From positions 310,001 through 374,000 of the forward strand of contig CP120463.1 in assembly GCA_034226945.1 (NCBI GenBank): a stretch of 64,000 nucleotides of DNA, given 5' to 3'. The DNA is from Picochlorum sp. SENEW3 (lineage: Eukaryota). Position numbers and translations under genes: made by a program. The notes beneath the pieces are model-generated. The model did no database searches and was not told where the DNA came from. It saw nothing but the letters and a program-made list of their open reading frames with translations. Within the stretch, counting starts at the first letter, position 1. Each line of letters starts with the position of its first letter. Below, piece after piece: positions 35,601 through 48,486 of this stretch.

Positions 35601-38062
35601 AAGACGAAAGCATCGGCTGATGATGATACGGATTTCTCAGAGTTATCTGATATGAGCGACGATGCTCAGCTAGGGATTAGAAGTCAATGGAAAGGTGCCA
35701 AGAAGCAATTGGCAAGAACAACCAGTGAAGCTCCTGTGGTATCTGAGACAAATGACAACGGCCCAGACGATATTGTTAGCCTCAGGTATGAGTTTATTAT
35801 ATAATCAGTAAACATGTAAAAGGTGATTAATTCTCAGGTATCTTTTGTAGGAATAGCTTATTGAGCCCACCTGGAGTCAACCCATTGCTGAGCTACCAAG
35901 AGCAGTTTGTTGATGATGACGAGGGCATGGAGGAGGATATTGAGGATGATGGATATCCTCCCTTGTCGAACTGGTCAACTGGAGGCCCTGTAGGAGGTGT
36001 GATAGGTCCTCGATCAAAGATAACCAGAGAAGTTGAAGTATTTGATGCTCACATGATTTCTGGAAAAACCCAGACTCGCAACTTGCCAGATTTTGGAGCT
36101 TTTTACCATCATCGATTTGAAAATGGCTGGGGGCCCCATGGTAGGTACTGCGTACCAGAGAAGAATTTGAGAAACATCGCCATTGGCAAGACTTTGCAAC
36201 AGAATAGGGCATCAGATAGAACTTTTCTGCTGGAACAGTTGAAGCTTCACTACTGTCATAGTTTCCCGGTGGAAGATGTGCCCTCAGGGACGACTCCACT
36301 TCTACAGCTGCAGTGCGATCGTTCACCACAGCATCTTGAAAATATGATAGTACAATATATGAAAATTTGCAAGAACTATATTGCAGAGGGTCATAACGAA
36401 GCAGATAATGTTGCTCTGAGATCAAAAATGTCTGAAGCGGAAATTTGGGATCTCCTTGGTGTTCTTTTTGCGTTGGTGCCAGCTGAAGAGCAGGAAAAAC
36501 CTAATAATACAAGTGATGAAAATGAAGAGTTCTTGGATGGGAGCTCATTGGAGTATCTGATCGTCATGCAAAGGCGAGCTGCATTTAGCAAGTGGTTGAA
36601 AGATAGAACCCAAGGGTCTGTGAAACACAAACACGATGCTCTCAAAGATGCGCACGACAAGGAAAACGAGCGGATTCTACTATTGCTCTCGTGTCATGAC
36701 ATCAAATCAGCCATACATGCTGCTGCTGCTTCCGGCAATGTCCGTCTGTCGACACTGTTGGCAACAGCAGGGTCTTCTAGTGTTGCGGCACACAACCTCA
36801 CGGAGCAGCTTAGGATTTGGTCTGATGCGGGATATATGGAACATATAGATGAGACAACATCACAAATATATCAGCTTTTATCTGGACACGTGGATCCCTC
36901 AATGTACATTGCCTCAAAGGACTGGAAGAGGGCTTTGGGACTTTATTTTTGGTATTCATGTCCAAAACAGTCCCCAATCAGCACCTCAATCTCACAGTAT
37001 CTTGCAGATGTCCACGATACTAAAGCTCCTCATCCAGCACCATGGTATCTTGCCGATGAAGAGCATCACGAGAACAACCCGACTGATACAGCCTTTGAGC
37101 TCATCAAACTATTTTGCCGGGCAGAGGAATGGGACACAGAGGATGACAAGATGGCAGCTGCCACAGAGGCACTGCCGTCACTCCTGAGCCCCCTTGGACT
37201 CACTCCTGATGTTCAACAAGTAGGATTTTTCTGGCACTTGAAATCAGTCCTTCAGGCAATCGGAGTAATTCCGAATGAGATGCCTCTGGAATCACAGGAA
37301 GCTGTGAACCGCATCATCATGACATACATCAGCCAGATTGAATCTATGGGTGGGCTGGTACATTGGGCAATCTATGTTGCCCTCCACATCAATGATGAGA
37401 CAGATAGAAACCGCATTGTCAAAGATTTGTTGACCCGCTACTGCGAGGAATGGATTTTTGATCAAGAAATCACAGAATTTCTTTTGCAAAAGCTCGGCCT
37501 CCCTGCAGCTATGATGGAGGAGGCGAAAGCCGTGTGGTTCCGCTATCACAAGGACTATGAGTCTCTACTTGAATCACTGATCGATACGGCAGAATGGCAG
37601 GAGGCTCACGATGTGCTGATGACAGAAATAGCACCCAAATGGCTGCTGGCAAAAGACATGTCAAAGGAACACTACATCATGCAGGATTTCCTCCTGGGCG
37701 CTCTGGAAGAGCTACACGAGCACCAAGATGGCATACAAGAATCATCTTGGAGTACAGGAGGTCAGATATACATCTCCTTCCTCCATATCAAAGGGAAGAT
37801 TGAGTCAGGTGATGGCCTTGAAGAAGAAGACCTAGACACCATTGCACATCTCGCAGTTGCCATTGACCACGCCTATTTGCAGTCCCCTGATATTTCACTG
37901 CTACAAAAATCTGCGTATTCTGCAATGTCACGGGAAGTCTTGCGATGGAATGTGCAATTCAATGGGCCGCTATCAGACGGCACAAAAGCACTGCGGCACT
38001 CAACCATCCAATCTCACATGGCAGACATGACTCAAATGCTCTGCAGAAGCGTCCCAACATAA
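32668..38062 (+). CDS. NUP98: Nucleoporin Nup98-Nup96 precursor, 4 exons
   Basis: Exons 32668-32695, 32816-32943, 33015-35785 and 35851-38062. FG repeats, GLEBS 'SISCMPEYASKSVEELRWEDY', autoprotease 'F-VEH|FS' site and Nup96 'DWKRALGLYFWY'. Confidence 0.95.
33860..34200 (+). repeat. Coding tandem repeats (TPAFG/TPSFGGFG units) within the Nup98 FG domain
   Basis: The block PSSTPSFGGFGASSTPAFGA(T/S)STPAFGAPQASTP occurs twice with near-identical DNA. Confidence 0.85.
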
Positions 38063-38136
38063 TTACCAGATTCGTTTAAATATAAATGTAAACATATGAA
38101 ATGGCAAATACATATCAAATGATGCAAATGAATTAT

Positions 38137-38931
38137 TCATCCCGTATGCTGCTTTGACTTTTTCATTCCCGAGGTACTCGTACTCCCAGCATTCTTGTTC
38201 CCCCGACTTTCTTGCTCCTCACCACCTCTCGTCCGCACATGCCTCCCAGATCCACCAGTATCCTTGGTATTATTACTATACGCCAGTGGCGAAATCTTAA
38301 ATCCAAACACCTTTGGCACGTACATCTCACCCCTCTTCTCTGGCCTCAACTGTGGGAATGTCATCAAAAACAAATGAGGAAACGTCGTCCCAAAATACGC
38401 CCCATCCACATGACCCTGATATTTCGACCTCGGGTAGAACACATCTTCACAATGAGGACAAAACAGCTTGACCGTGGACTGCCTAGGCACATCACTCAGC
38501 CCCACAGGCAAGCATGGCTGTCCAGAACACATGACCCGTGGGCATCTCCCAAAACCACAGCTCTTGTACTTCTCAAGCATCCGATTCAACCCTCGAGCGG
38601 TAATGATATATCGAGCATGAATCAATCCATACAAAATCTCCGAGGATGCTTCGACTTCTGCCTCCTCTCCTGCCGTTAACACTTCGTTTTTCAAACTGTG
38701 TGACCCATCCGTCAAAACATCCAGAGCATATTCATACCAAGGCACCTGATTCGACAACCCACTCAGATTAAAACCATCCCTGATGTAGTCCTCATCCACC
38801 TCACAGAAGAATTCATTCCCTTTCATGCTACAAAACCACGCTCCCCAGGAGGAAAATTCGTCAAATTCGACATCAAGGTCATTGTCACTGGAACTCGTTG
38901 TCAAATCTTCAGACATGTCTTCTACCCCCAT
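38137..38931 (-). CDS. CKB: Casein kinase II regulatory (beta) subunit
   Basis: Motifs '[13 protein letters not shown]', '[10 protein letters not shown]', CPRVMC…CPHC zinc ribbon and '[11 protein letters not shown]'. Confidence 0.97.
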   Translation of the reverse strand: MGVEDMSEDLTTSSSDNDLDVEFDEFSSWGAWFCSMKGNEFFCEVDEDYIRDGFNLSGLSNQVPWYEYALDVLTDGSHSLKNEVLTAGEEAEVEASSEILYGLIHARYIITARGLNRMLEKYKSCGFGRCPRVMCSGQPCLPVGLSDVPRQSTVKLFCPHCEDVFYPRSKYQGHVDGAYFGTTFPHLFLMTFPQLRPEKRGEMYVPKVFGFKISPLAYSNNTKDTGGSGRHVRTRGGEEQESRGNKNAGSTSTSGMKKSKQHTG

Positions 38932-39423
38932 TGTGCGCTTTTAATTCAATTAAATACTACTAAAAACTGTTTATCAAACCTATTAGGTGGATAGAGACGA
39001 CCTTATTGGAAATGGGTGACTGATGGCGACAAATGTCTGCATGTACCTGCTTCCAGGATGCAGGATCTATACCTGATTGGAGTGTATCATTGTTATATTT
39101 TTGAATGATGTGAAGACAGTAGCTGCGGCGATCGCATAAACGTATCCGTTTAAGACAGATTGCGCGCTTTCTTTCTTCGTAAATAGGAATTAAATATATT
39201 TTGCCACGATGGAGCGGCAGCATGGAGTATGAGTGTATTGCTGTATCAATGGCAGATGCCACTACTTCTAAGAATTTATAGTAGCAACGTTCGTGCAGTA
39301 TAGAGGAGAGTTGACAGCACGGTAGACGTGTGAGAACGCTGTTGCATTTAGAAACAAAAAGACCCGCCTGTCGCGTGGGACTTGGATCAGATAGATTTCA
39401 TAGAGAGAAAATAAAAGGAAAGC

Positions 39424-39771
39424 ATGTCTGTTGCAGCGGCAGGGAGTTTGCGTGGGGTTGGAGTGCCGGTGAAACTGTTGCACGAGGCAGAGGGTCACGT
39501 GGTGACGGTGGAGCTGAAGAATGGCGAGATGTTGCGGGGACAGCTTCATGAGGCTGAAGATAATTGGAATGTGCAACTGGCGAATGTTACGGCGACAGCG
39601 CGGGATGGGAAAGTGACTCATATGGAGCATATATTTGTGAGAGGGAGTCGAGTGAGATTTGTGATTGTGCCTGATTTGTTGAAGAATGCTCCGATGTTTA
39701 AGAGAATAGATCCAAAGAATAAAATCAAGGGTGTAGCGATGGGTGTTGGTGGGAGAGGGAGAGGTCGTTGA
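39424..39771 (+). CDS. SMD3: Small nuclear ribonucleoprotein Sm D3
   Basis: 'GVPVKLLHEAEGHVVTVELKNG…IFVRGSRVRFVIVPDLLKNAPMF' with an RG tail. Confidence 0.97.
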   Translation: MSVAAAGSLRGVGVPVKLLHEAEGHVVTVELKNGEMLRGQLHEAEDNWNVQLANVTATARDGKVTHMEHIFVRGSRVRFVIVPDLLKNAPMFKRIDPKNKIKGVAMGVGGRGRGR

Positions 39772-39807
39772 TGATGAATGTTTTAAGAATTGTAACAAAC
39801 AACCAGG

Positions 39808-42208
39808 TTATTCATGTGATGCCAAGTCTGCTCCTGCGACCCACTGCCAAAATCCAACTTTTTTCTTGGATGTCTCCGCATCTGGGGTTCTTTCTTGATG
39901 TTGAAAAGTTTCTACCTCGCCACCTGGTACGCTCCATGGCTGTTGGGTGGGATGTGACTGTTGTTGAGGAGGGGCAGCCAGTGTATCAAAGAGTGACTGC
40001 TGAGGCTGTTCTGGCACAATCTCTTCTCGTTGTTTTTCATCTTGCTGTTGGATCGGTACTTCGTGAAAAGCAGTAGGAGGAGGAGGAGGAGTGAACAGTT
40101 GTGGCTGTTCTGCGGGTGGCTGAGCATCATTGATGGGTACAGACTCAAATACCTCTGCCTTTTGCCTCAGTTCAACAATTGTGCCAGATTGCTCTTTCAG
40201 GCGATTGATGAGGTCATTCACTTCGCCAGATAGGCGAGTGATGGTACTTGAGGCTTCTGCAAGTTCCATTTCTAGCGATTGTGCCTTGCTTTCAGCGGTT
40301 GAGGCACGCTGTTCAAGCTCAGCCATCATGCCTGGGTGGCCACCAGAACTTGGTCTGTCTTGCAGCTGTGCCTGCAGGATTTGAATCTGCTGCTCCAAAT
40401 ACTCCTCCTTCTGCCTTAATTCTGTCATATGAGCCTTAAGAGTTGCATTTTCATGGATTGCGTTCTCCATGTCTCTTGTCTTTTGCTGTAGATCTTGATA
40501 TGCTCGTCTTTCTGATTCAACCGCAGCCTCTGCCTTTGCCAACCTCACTTGCAATGCATTCTCACTGCATACAAAAACAATACGTACATCTATAGTATCA
40601 ATAATAATTGTTGCATCGATTCATATAGACCCACCTAGGTGATACTGGAGCGGATTCTGGTTGTTGGTATGATACCTCTGCTGAGACCTGCTGCTGTGCC
40701 TTTTCCCTCCATTCGGCAGCGCTACGTTCTACATCGATCAACTGCTCTTTCAGCATTCGTATTTCCTCATCCTTTGCTGCAATAAGGCCTGCATCATCGT
40801 CCATGTGGCCAACGTGCTCTTGCTGTTGCACTTGCTGCATCTGCGCCAACTCTAATTTCAACGATTCAAGATGCGATGCAAGCTCAACGCGCTCCTGTTC
40901 TCCCTCAGATAATAGCTCTCGCAAGCTATCAATATTATCTTTAGCCTCTTCAAGCTCCTCTCGAGCACCCTGCTCTTGGTTCAACGCATCTTCTAACTGA
41001 GACTGAAGGTGTGTCGCCTGCACCGACTGATGTTCAAGCTCTGACTGCAGGGATGCATGATGTGCTTTGAGACTTTCCAGTTCGATTTTCACCCTATCTA
41101 ATTCTCCATCATCTCGCATCGTCAGTGCCGAGTTGACCTTCAATGTATTCAATTCCTCCTCTAGACGTGCCTTCTCTTCAGAAAGCACATTGCACTCGGC
41201 TCTGCTCGATGCTAAAGACGCCTCCAAACCGTCAGTCCTATCCTTCATGGCATCAAGTTCCTCTCGTAATAATTCTATCGCTTTACTCGAGCTTCCACTG
41301 TCCTCGACAGATGCCTTTATCGATACCAGCTCCCCCAATAATGCAGCTTTTTCTCGCTCCATTCCCTGCTTCTCTTCACGAGATGCCTCCACCTCCTCCG
41401 TCAGCCGCTGCACATCGGACTTCATCTTTTTGATCTCTTCCTGTGCCTCCTGGAGCCTCGCTTCTAGAACATCTGATTTCACACCAGAGTCGTTGTATTG
41501 AGAGGAGGTTATCGAACTCCTCCTTGACAAGACTGCTGCCTTCTTCCTTTTAAATTCTTCCAACTTCCTTCTACCAGCCTCTAAGCTTGGATTCAACCTT
41601 ATTTTTGGCACGCTCTCTCTGCTGCTGGATACACCATCCTCCTCCTCTTCTACAAACTGCTGATGTGCTTGCGGCTGTGCAACTCCATACCCAATAGACT
41701 GGGGTGGAGCAAAGGCACTCTGCGTCGCCGCTGCTCCCGGCTGTCTCCTCACCGAAGAAATAGATTCAAATCCACCTGTATGCTGCTGATTTTGAAATGA
41801 GGTTGGCGGTGGTGGCACAGGCTCTTCGGAAGAAGAGACTTTTGGCAGTTGAGAATCCACTTGTCCCTCCTTCTCCTCCTCCTCCTGCTGCTGCTGCTCA
41901 AATATGGGATTGCTATTCGAATTGTTCATTATGCCTTCAGTTTCCACAGATGGGTGCCGTGTATCGGGCCCCTGGCCGGGCAGATAGGTCTCTTGATCAC
42001 CAACAATAGGTTGATCGTACACTGAATATTGAGCGAATTGTTGTTGCAGTCCATCAGAAGTGTACATCTGAGGCTCTGTCATATTCATATGCTGTGAAGA
42101 AGGGCCAGAATTCTCCTGCCCAATAGAACTGAAAAACTCGTCATCCTGTCCTCCAAAAGCCGAAGCAATTGGATTGTTGGACACCATATACGTGGTTGGA
42201 TCCCCCAT
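39808..42208 (-). CDS. Long coiled-coil protein, BLISTER/golgin-like, 2 exons
   Basis: Intron 40634-40565. The 'LEAGRRKLEEFKRKK' motif and C-terminal 'WVAGADL' resemble plant BLISTER; extensive heptad repeats. Confidence 0.65.
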
Positions 42209-42666
42209 TTGGATGTTTCATAAATATAAGTTAAATGTTCTACATGGTCTGTGGAGGAAGAGCGGGGCATTATCGATCTATTCATGATTCAAATGCACAC
42301 GGGATTCGTAAAGAGATACTTTATGAAATATGCAGTGTTTAACCACCAAGATTTGGATGTGAATTCAATGCAGGTAGTGTTGGCAATATGAACATTGACT
42401 CCCCATAACTATATGCGTTCCATCATGCAGTATCAATGTGCTATGGGAGCGATACGCGTGCTCTTATAGATCCCAGAGGAAGATCTGTCCTGTTGCAGCC
42501 ATGCCTGTAATGGTTCAAAGACCTCTTCGAATTGGGAGGCTGGGGCTACAATCATCGCCATTCCTGTCTGGTGTCCCTAAAAGATTTGATCTTAGACACG
42601 GACCGCAAGAAAATAAATTCAATATAGATATCATAGATTGGTTGGGTGCATTTGATCATCATTTGG

Positions 42667-44061
42667 ATGGGGATCCCCCCGTTGTTGCACCGGCTTGCGA
42701 GCACGGTACACGGCAGCGTCGGTAGAGTCAGGTCTTGGACAATGGTGGCTGCCGCTGTCCTGTTTCTCCTTCTGTATCACAATATAGCAACCGCGGATAA
42801 ACAATTGCAGAAAGTAGACGCGCATCGAGCGTATCATGGATCAGGTATGTTGTGTTTGGCTTGCAACAGAAGCTGCCCGAGCTGCGACAAACTGACTCCT
42901 GTACTTGATGGATGCCTTCAGGATATTCATTTCGTGCTAGATTTCCTGGGGTATATGGAATGTTGGCTCTCGATAAACTCATTTCCTGGAACGATAACCT
43001 CTTTGCGGCCACCATGACCATGTACAAGCGTCAGGCCCAGAGTGTCTGCAGTGATCTTCGACGGACTCGAGATGCATGTGTGAACGCCACCAAGGTTTTT
43101 AGGCCACCGGAGCCAGAAGGACATGCAAAGTATGATCTTTTTGAGCCATATGTGCATTGTCCGAGTGGGCAGAAAATGATGAAGAGGGTAGGGAATTCTG
43201 GTGAGGGCGGCAAGTGGTTGTGTGATGAATTGCTGCAAAAGGACAGCTGCGTTATATTTTCTTTAGGAAGTAATGGTGCGTAGTAGTAATGATTTTAAAG
43301 TATAGAGTTTTTGGTATCGTTGGATGAGTGATCATCGAGAATGCAGGTCAATATGATTTTGAAAAGGCATTGCTGGAGAAGACTCGGTGTGACATTTACA
43401 CATTTGACTGGTACGTTACATCCTGCCGCTTACAAAGCCCGTAAAAGAAATTAATGTGAATTTAAATTATATACATATGCAGTACATACAACGGGCGGAG
43501 TTTATCGCGTCGGCACAAGTATGTCAAGAAATGTATTGGAAGCATGACAAAGGCAGGTGAGAATAAAAACTTTGTGACATTATCCCAGGCAGCGCAGGAA
43601 ATGCGTGTCAAGAAAATTGATTTATTGAAAATTGACATAGAAGGGTACGAATTTGATGAAATTGCTGGATGGAGCATTGCTGATTTTGCGCTTCCAGATC
43701 AAGTGTCGATTGAAGTGCATCACAGTCAAGTCATTTATGCTGGCGGAACGGATTCCTCCCGATACAAAGTTCAAGATTTTTCCAATTTGTTATGTACGTT
43801 TTCTTCTAACTTTTTTTGAGTGTGTGCTGTCTCGTTGCATTGTTTTCAAACAGGAGAAGAAAATACAGGTGACCAACATACCATGCATTTTTTATCCTTG
43901 TTGCAGGGCCAGCGCATCATTTGATTGCATCAGACTTGGCACTGTTCTTTGGCCATTTTGGCCGATTAGGATATGCAATTGTTTCTCGAGAGGATAATCC
44001 TATGGGAACGTGCTGTTCAGAATTCTTACTGTTAAAAGTCGCAGACTGGGCGGCGTTATAA
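42667..44061 (+). CDS. Type II membrane SAM-methyltransferase (Methyltransf_22/METTL24/FkbM-like), 5 exons
   Basis: Spliced 'RVGNSGEGGKWLC…CVIFSLGSN|GQYDFE…CDIYTFDC…IDLLKIDIEGYEF…QVSIEVH…REDNP…CCSEF'; N-terminal TM anchor. Confidence 0.82.
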
Positions 44062-44067
44062 TGGCAT

Positions 44068-45295
44068 TCAACAGGATGACATGCATGGAGTACATTTTTT
44101 CACTTCTGATGTGGAGCCCAAACATATGCAGCTCCGATCATCATGGTGCTGTATACGACGATCTCCAGCTGCACCTGTGTCATCTATAGACATGCCACCA
44201 GCCGCTTCAATAATATAAGTGAATGGATGACATTCGTAGAGGAGCCGAAGCTTTGCAGGACAAGATGCTGATATAGGATTGCAAAACACGCCTCCACCCT
44301 GCATGATAGAAAACGCTAGAAGAAACATATAATTCATCCCACAATGTAATAAGTACATACCTTGTGGATAATATTGTGAATGTCTGGCACCATGCCTCCA
44401 GTGTACCGAAGTGTATACTGCTCCTGCATCCAGTGCTGCATCAATTCAGCGTAGGCGCTATTCTCCTTGGACGCTCTCAAATTCGCTGGAGCAAACAATT
44501 TCTTCTCATCCTTTAACACTATATTCTTCTCCGTGCATTTCCACACGCCATCACCCACCAAGGTAAATTCACACACTGTCTTTCCCGAGTCCTCAGAATC
44601 ATCCTCAAACGCCAGGACCAACACTGTTCGCGGCCCATACACTGCATATGCAGCTGCTGCCATATCCCGTGCATTCTTACCAACAAATCCCCGTCCCTTC
44701 CATATGCCGAAAATAGACCTACACATCAGGCTCATGATGGTTTATATATACATCATTTGAACAACAAGGACAGCCATGATCCCTACGCACCCGACAGCAA
44801 AATTCGATCCAATGATGGAAGATCCATCCAGAGGATCATATGCAACTGAATACCCAGTGGCATCTGTCAGAACTGTATCCACAGGAGTCTCCTCACTGCT
44901 CACAATACCGACATCATCTGGACACAACTGCAATAGTGTCTCTCGTATCACCTTGTCAGCCATCACATCAGCCAGCAACTGCTTATCACCAAACTGATTC
45001 AATGTACCAACCTCATCGTCGGTTGAAGCCACTCGCCGCAGAGAATCCTACAGCATGTCCGTACCACAGATCAGTCCAGTCAGCGAATCAGTACAGCTCC
45101 TACTAACGTGTCATGTGCAAATCGTACCGATATTTCCGAGACACTTGCAGCCAGAGCGACAAGAACATTACCCTGTATACATGTAATGCATTGAGAGCAC
45201 CGCATTCTGATCCAATTCAATCGACATCAACGCACCAAACCCTTCAGACCACCCACAAGTCGTTTTACATCGTCCTGGTCCTTCATTGCATCCAT
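44068..45295 (-). CDS. Sedoheptulose-1,7-bisphosphatase-like (FBPase class I family) enzyme lacking a transit peptide, 5 exons
   Basis: Motifs NQFGDKQL, SSEE, DPLDGSS, 'LFAPANLRA', 'TLRYTGGMVPD' and 'KLRLLYE' are the SBPase-type variants. Confidence 0.85.
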
Positions 45296-45523
45296 TATCA
45301 AAGCACCATAGCCCGGTGTGCGATTCGATTACTTTTAAATTGGAAAATATGACCCAATTATGCCAATGGAGACCGATATCATTGTCGAATTCGAAACAAG
45401 GACGTTTCTGCAGATCCAGCTACAGATCTCTAAACTTTAGAGATCTAGGGAGGAGACCTCTTTCTGTGTAAGAGAAATCAAGCGTCTCCAGTTCCACACC
45501 CGTCCATAAATCAATTTTTTACC

Positions 45524-46271
45524 ATGGTGGATACAGATATAAAGAAAGGGAAGAAAAAAGGCGAAAAGATCCACTTGGGAGACTGGCCAGCAGTCAAGAG
45601 GACTATTGACGATCAGGTGATCGAGGTTTGTGCTGCCTTTGAGCACGTTGATCGATCAAGAATGTGCGATCATAACTATAATGTTGTATGTACAGGCTTT
45701 GAAAAGAGCTGGATATGATGTGGATTACCTGATGGTTGATATTCGGTCTGGACTTGGGATCCTAGCGTACGTTTTTTTAAATTCTGCGTCCATGGGGTTA
45801 TTCTATTCGCCAAACACGTAGGACCTCACACTCTTGTATATATATATATTTTTTCGCAGGGTTTTGATTGCATGCGTGGCTCAGTTCTGGCAAGGAAAGA
45901 ATAAGAATGCTCCAGAGGTTTTGGTGCCCTGTCTGGCTGCATACATGGTGCTCTCTGGATTGATGTGGCTGATGCAGTTTGTGCTGTATAAAGATATTAT
46001 TGCTCATACAAAGAGTCTTCCTGGTAATCCAGGGGTGGAGTTGAAGTCAAAGATGAAGAGGTATGGGGATAGATATACGCTGCAGGCTCGCATGAAGTGT
46101 GATTCCGTGGTTGGGGTCCGGGAGAGCTCATCGACGGAATACATTGGTCGATTCTTTAATGTAGACGCAGAAGTACAGGTTGAATCCATATCGGCATTAG
46201 TGAATGATGTGCTGCATCAGTTGGATGTTCCGTCGGAAAGTTCAAATGGCAATAGCAAAAAGGATACCTAG
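45524..46271 (+). CDS. SPCS2: Signal peptidase complex subunit 2 (SPC25), 3 exons
   Basis: 'KIHLGDWPAVKRTIDD', two TM helices, 'SKMKRY…Y' and 'IGRFFNVDAEV'. Confidence 0.82.
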
Positions 46272-46302
46272 GCTACAAAGAAAATACATTGTAATATCAT
46301 TG

Positions 46303-48090
46303 CTATTCCCCGCCTTCGAGGAGAGAGTCTATTCTAGATTCGGCCTCTTGTGATGCCTGCCGTTCTCCAATCATGGAGAAGAGAGGGGCGAGGATATCCT
46401 CCTCTCCCTCAACCAGGTCACTGACAGCGCTCAACTCATCACCCTCCCGATCTTCTCTTTCCTGCTGCTGTTGCTGCTGCTGCTCCTCACCCAAGAATGG
46501 AGAATGCAAGTCCTGTCCTGAAAAAGACGATGGAGGTTGCCTCACATGACCTTGAATGACATGCATGGTTGACTGGACCCCTTTCCACCTCCCAGGAGAT
46601 GGTGTGTGATCTCGCATCATGGAACGCCCACCAAAAACTGGCTGGATAAAGGTTCGATCCACATACGTCCAGAACGTTTTAATACTAAAACGTCCTCCAT
46701 CCACAACACTCTCCCATCTGACGCTGCTATGCGTATCGAATCGAGAGAGCGTGCGAGCGATTTCCATTGACCGAGCAGCCTGTGGCTGCCACTGATCAAA
46801 CACCAAGGGAATCACCGAACCCAGGCCAATCGTACTCAGTACGGCCACCAATATACACGATGCGCTCAATATTCTCTCATGTGTATGAATAGATTCCTTG
46901 CCACCTAGAAAATGGTTCATGGACAATGCTAACGTGACTGCTCCTCGTGCACACCCAGCCAAGGCAAGCATGTATGCATCAAGTGACACAATCTTCTTCT
47001 GCCTCCACACATTGATCAGTCCCACCAGCGGGAGCGTGACAACAAATCGAACTACAATCAACAACACAGACAAACATGCAGTCATAATGGCAATAGTATG
47101 CAGCACTCGCTCCTTTGTCACATCAATTTCCCACGACTCGAGTCCCCAAAGATCCAAGCCACAGAACAAGAACAGCATTGTCTCTGCCACAAATCCCATC
47201 ACTCTTGACCCATATATTGCCACGACTTTGGCAGATGGAGAGAGATTATACCACGCATAATGACTTTGTGTGATACCGCAGAAAAAGACGCTGAATACAC
47301 CAGAGAGTCCAAATCGCTCTGCGAGGAGATAGGATGAGAGACCCACCAGGAATAGAATAGACACCTCCCGATCTGTCGAATGTGCCTTTGAAAAAGATAA
47401 CTTTAGGATAAACGCGCTCAAAAGACCCATGGCAAATCCCAAAAGTAAACTCAAAATCAAAAGCTGAATGAAATTCAGCATGATTGAGGTGACCGTGCCA
47501 GCATTCATCTGTGCCACTGAATGAATCTGTTGCACAGACCTAAGAAGAACAATAGCTGTTGCATCATTGAATACGCCTTCTCCGAACGTCAACGAATACA
47601 ACTGAGACTGAGAGTTCTTATCAATTGCTTGAAGGGCAGCAACAGAATCAGATGATGATAAAATCACGCCCAGAGCCAGACTGTTCGCCACATGTCCAGC
47701 CCCATCCACCCCCAGCGCAATCAAAAGGTAGTACGATGCAATGCTAATAATCAGCGCCGAAGTGATGGTTCCAAACACCCCCAACGTCACAAGCGCCCCT
47801 AAATTCGAAAACATGCAATGCTTCTTGGTCGAAAATCCCATCTGGTAGATGATAATCGGCAGCAACAGGTCCATGTAAATCTCATACTTGAATGCCACCA
47901 AGGCCTGAGGAATATGCTGGTGGAGAACAAGTTCATATATAACCCAGCTCAATCCACCACCTACCAGACCCATCAACAACGCTAAACTCCCCTGTGTAAT
48001 CCATTTCACAGATTTCGTCACCTGACTCAGCCATACAACGCCAGCAAGGAGCACGAGCAGGATGCCCATGGCCCCTGCAGAGTCGCTCAT
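46303..48090 (-). CDS. NHX: Na+(K+)/H+ exchanger, CPA1/NHX family
   Basis: Motifs 'LLPIIIYQMG', 'SSSDSV', 'FGEGVFNDA', 'LSGVFSVFFCGI' and 'ARGAV'; about 12 TM helices. Confidence 0.92.
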   Translation of the reverse strand: MSDSAGAMGILLVLLAGVVWLSQVTKSVKWITQGSLALLMGLVGGGLSWVIYELVLHQHIPQALVAFKYEIYMDLLLPIIIYQMGFSTKKHCMFSNLGALVTLGVFGTITSALIISIASYYLLIALGVDGAGHVANSLALGVILSSSDSVAALQAIDKNSQSQLYSLTFGEGVFNDATAIVLLRSVQQIHSVAQMNAGTVTSIMLNFIQLLILSLLLGFAMGLLSAFILKLSFSKAHSTDREVSILFLVGLSSYLLAERFGLSGVFSVFFCGITQSHYAWYNLSPSAKVVAIYGSRVMGFVAETMLFLFCGLDLWGLESWEIDVTKERVLHTIAIMTACLSVLLIVVRFVVTLPLVGLINVWRQKKIVSLDAYMLALAGCARGAVTLALSMNHFLGGKESIHTHERILSASCILVAVLSTIGLGSVIPLVFDQWQPQAARSMEIARTLSRFDTHSSVRWESVVDGGRFSIKTFWTYVDRTFIQPVFGGRSMMRDHTPSPGRWKGVQSTMHVIQGHVRQPPSSFSGQDLHSPFLGEEQQQQQQQEREDREGDELSAVSDLVEGEEDILAPLFSMIGERQASQEAESRIDSLLEGGE

Positions 48091-48486
48091 CTCGACACCA
48101 ACACCCCCTCGTCTGTATTCAAGCCTCTCTTCTCGCTTCTTGCCGTAGGGCTATGTATGTATGTTTGTCTCGAGATGATAACTAATAGTACTAGATAATG
48201 AAAATGTATTTCAGCCCTCGTACTCGATATTATTATTATGCCGAGTATATTTCGAACCTTTGACAGGAATCCATTTTGCTCGGGATTCCATTCGAATCTC
48301 GGGAGGGTTGTACTTTGTATTCTATTTACGGAAGAGAATCTCACGCGAATGCTCCCACCCACCACCATCTTTGATGGGGCAGAAACAACCCTCCTTCCTT
48401 TGATGGGACACAATTGTCTTTCAAGACGCTACTTCAACCCTATCAATAGGATTAGAACCTTTCCGCATACCGAATACGAATAAAAG

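Noticed and set aside
38995..39270. ACGACCTTA resembling the 5' end of plant U3 snoRNA in the CK2beta/SmD3 intergenic region
   Set aside because: Box A continuation and boxes B, C and D are not found in the right order; probably chance.
105..39771. Co-location of pICln and SmD3 (both snRNP assembly) as a cluster
   Set aside because: They are about 38 kb and many unrelated genes apart, consistent with chance.
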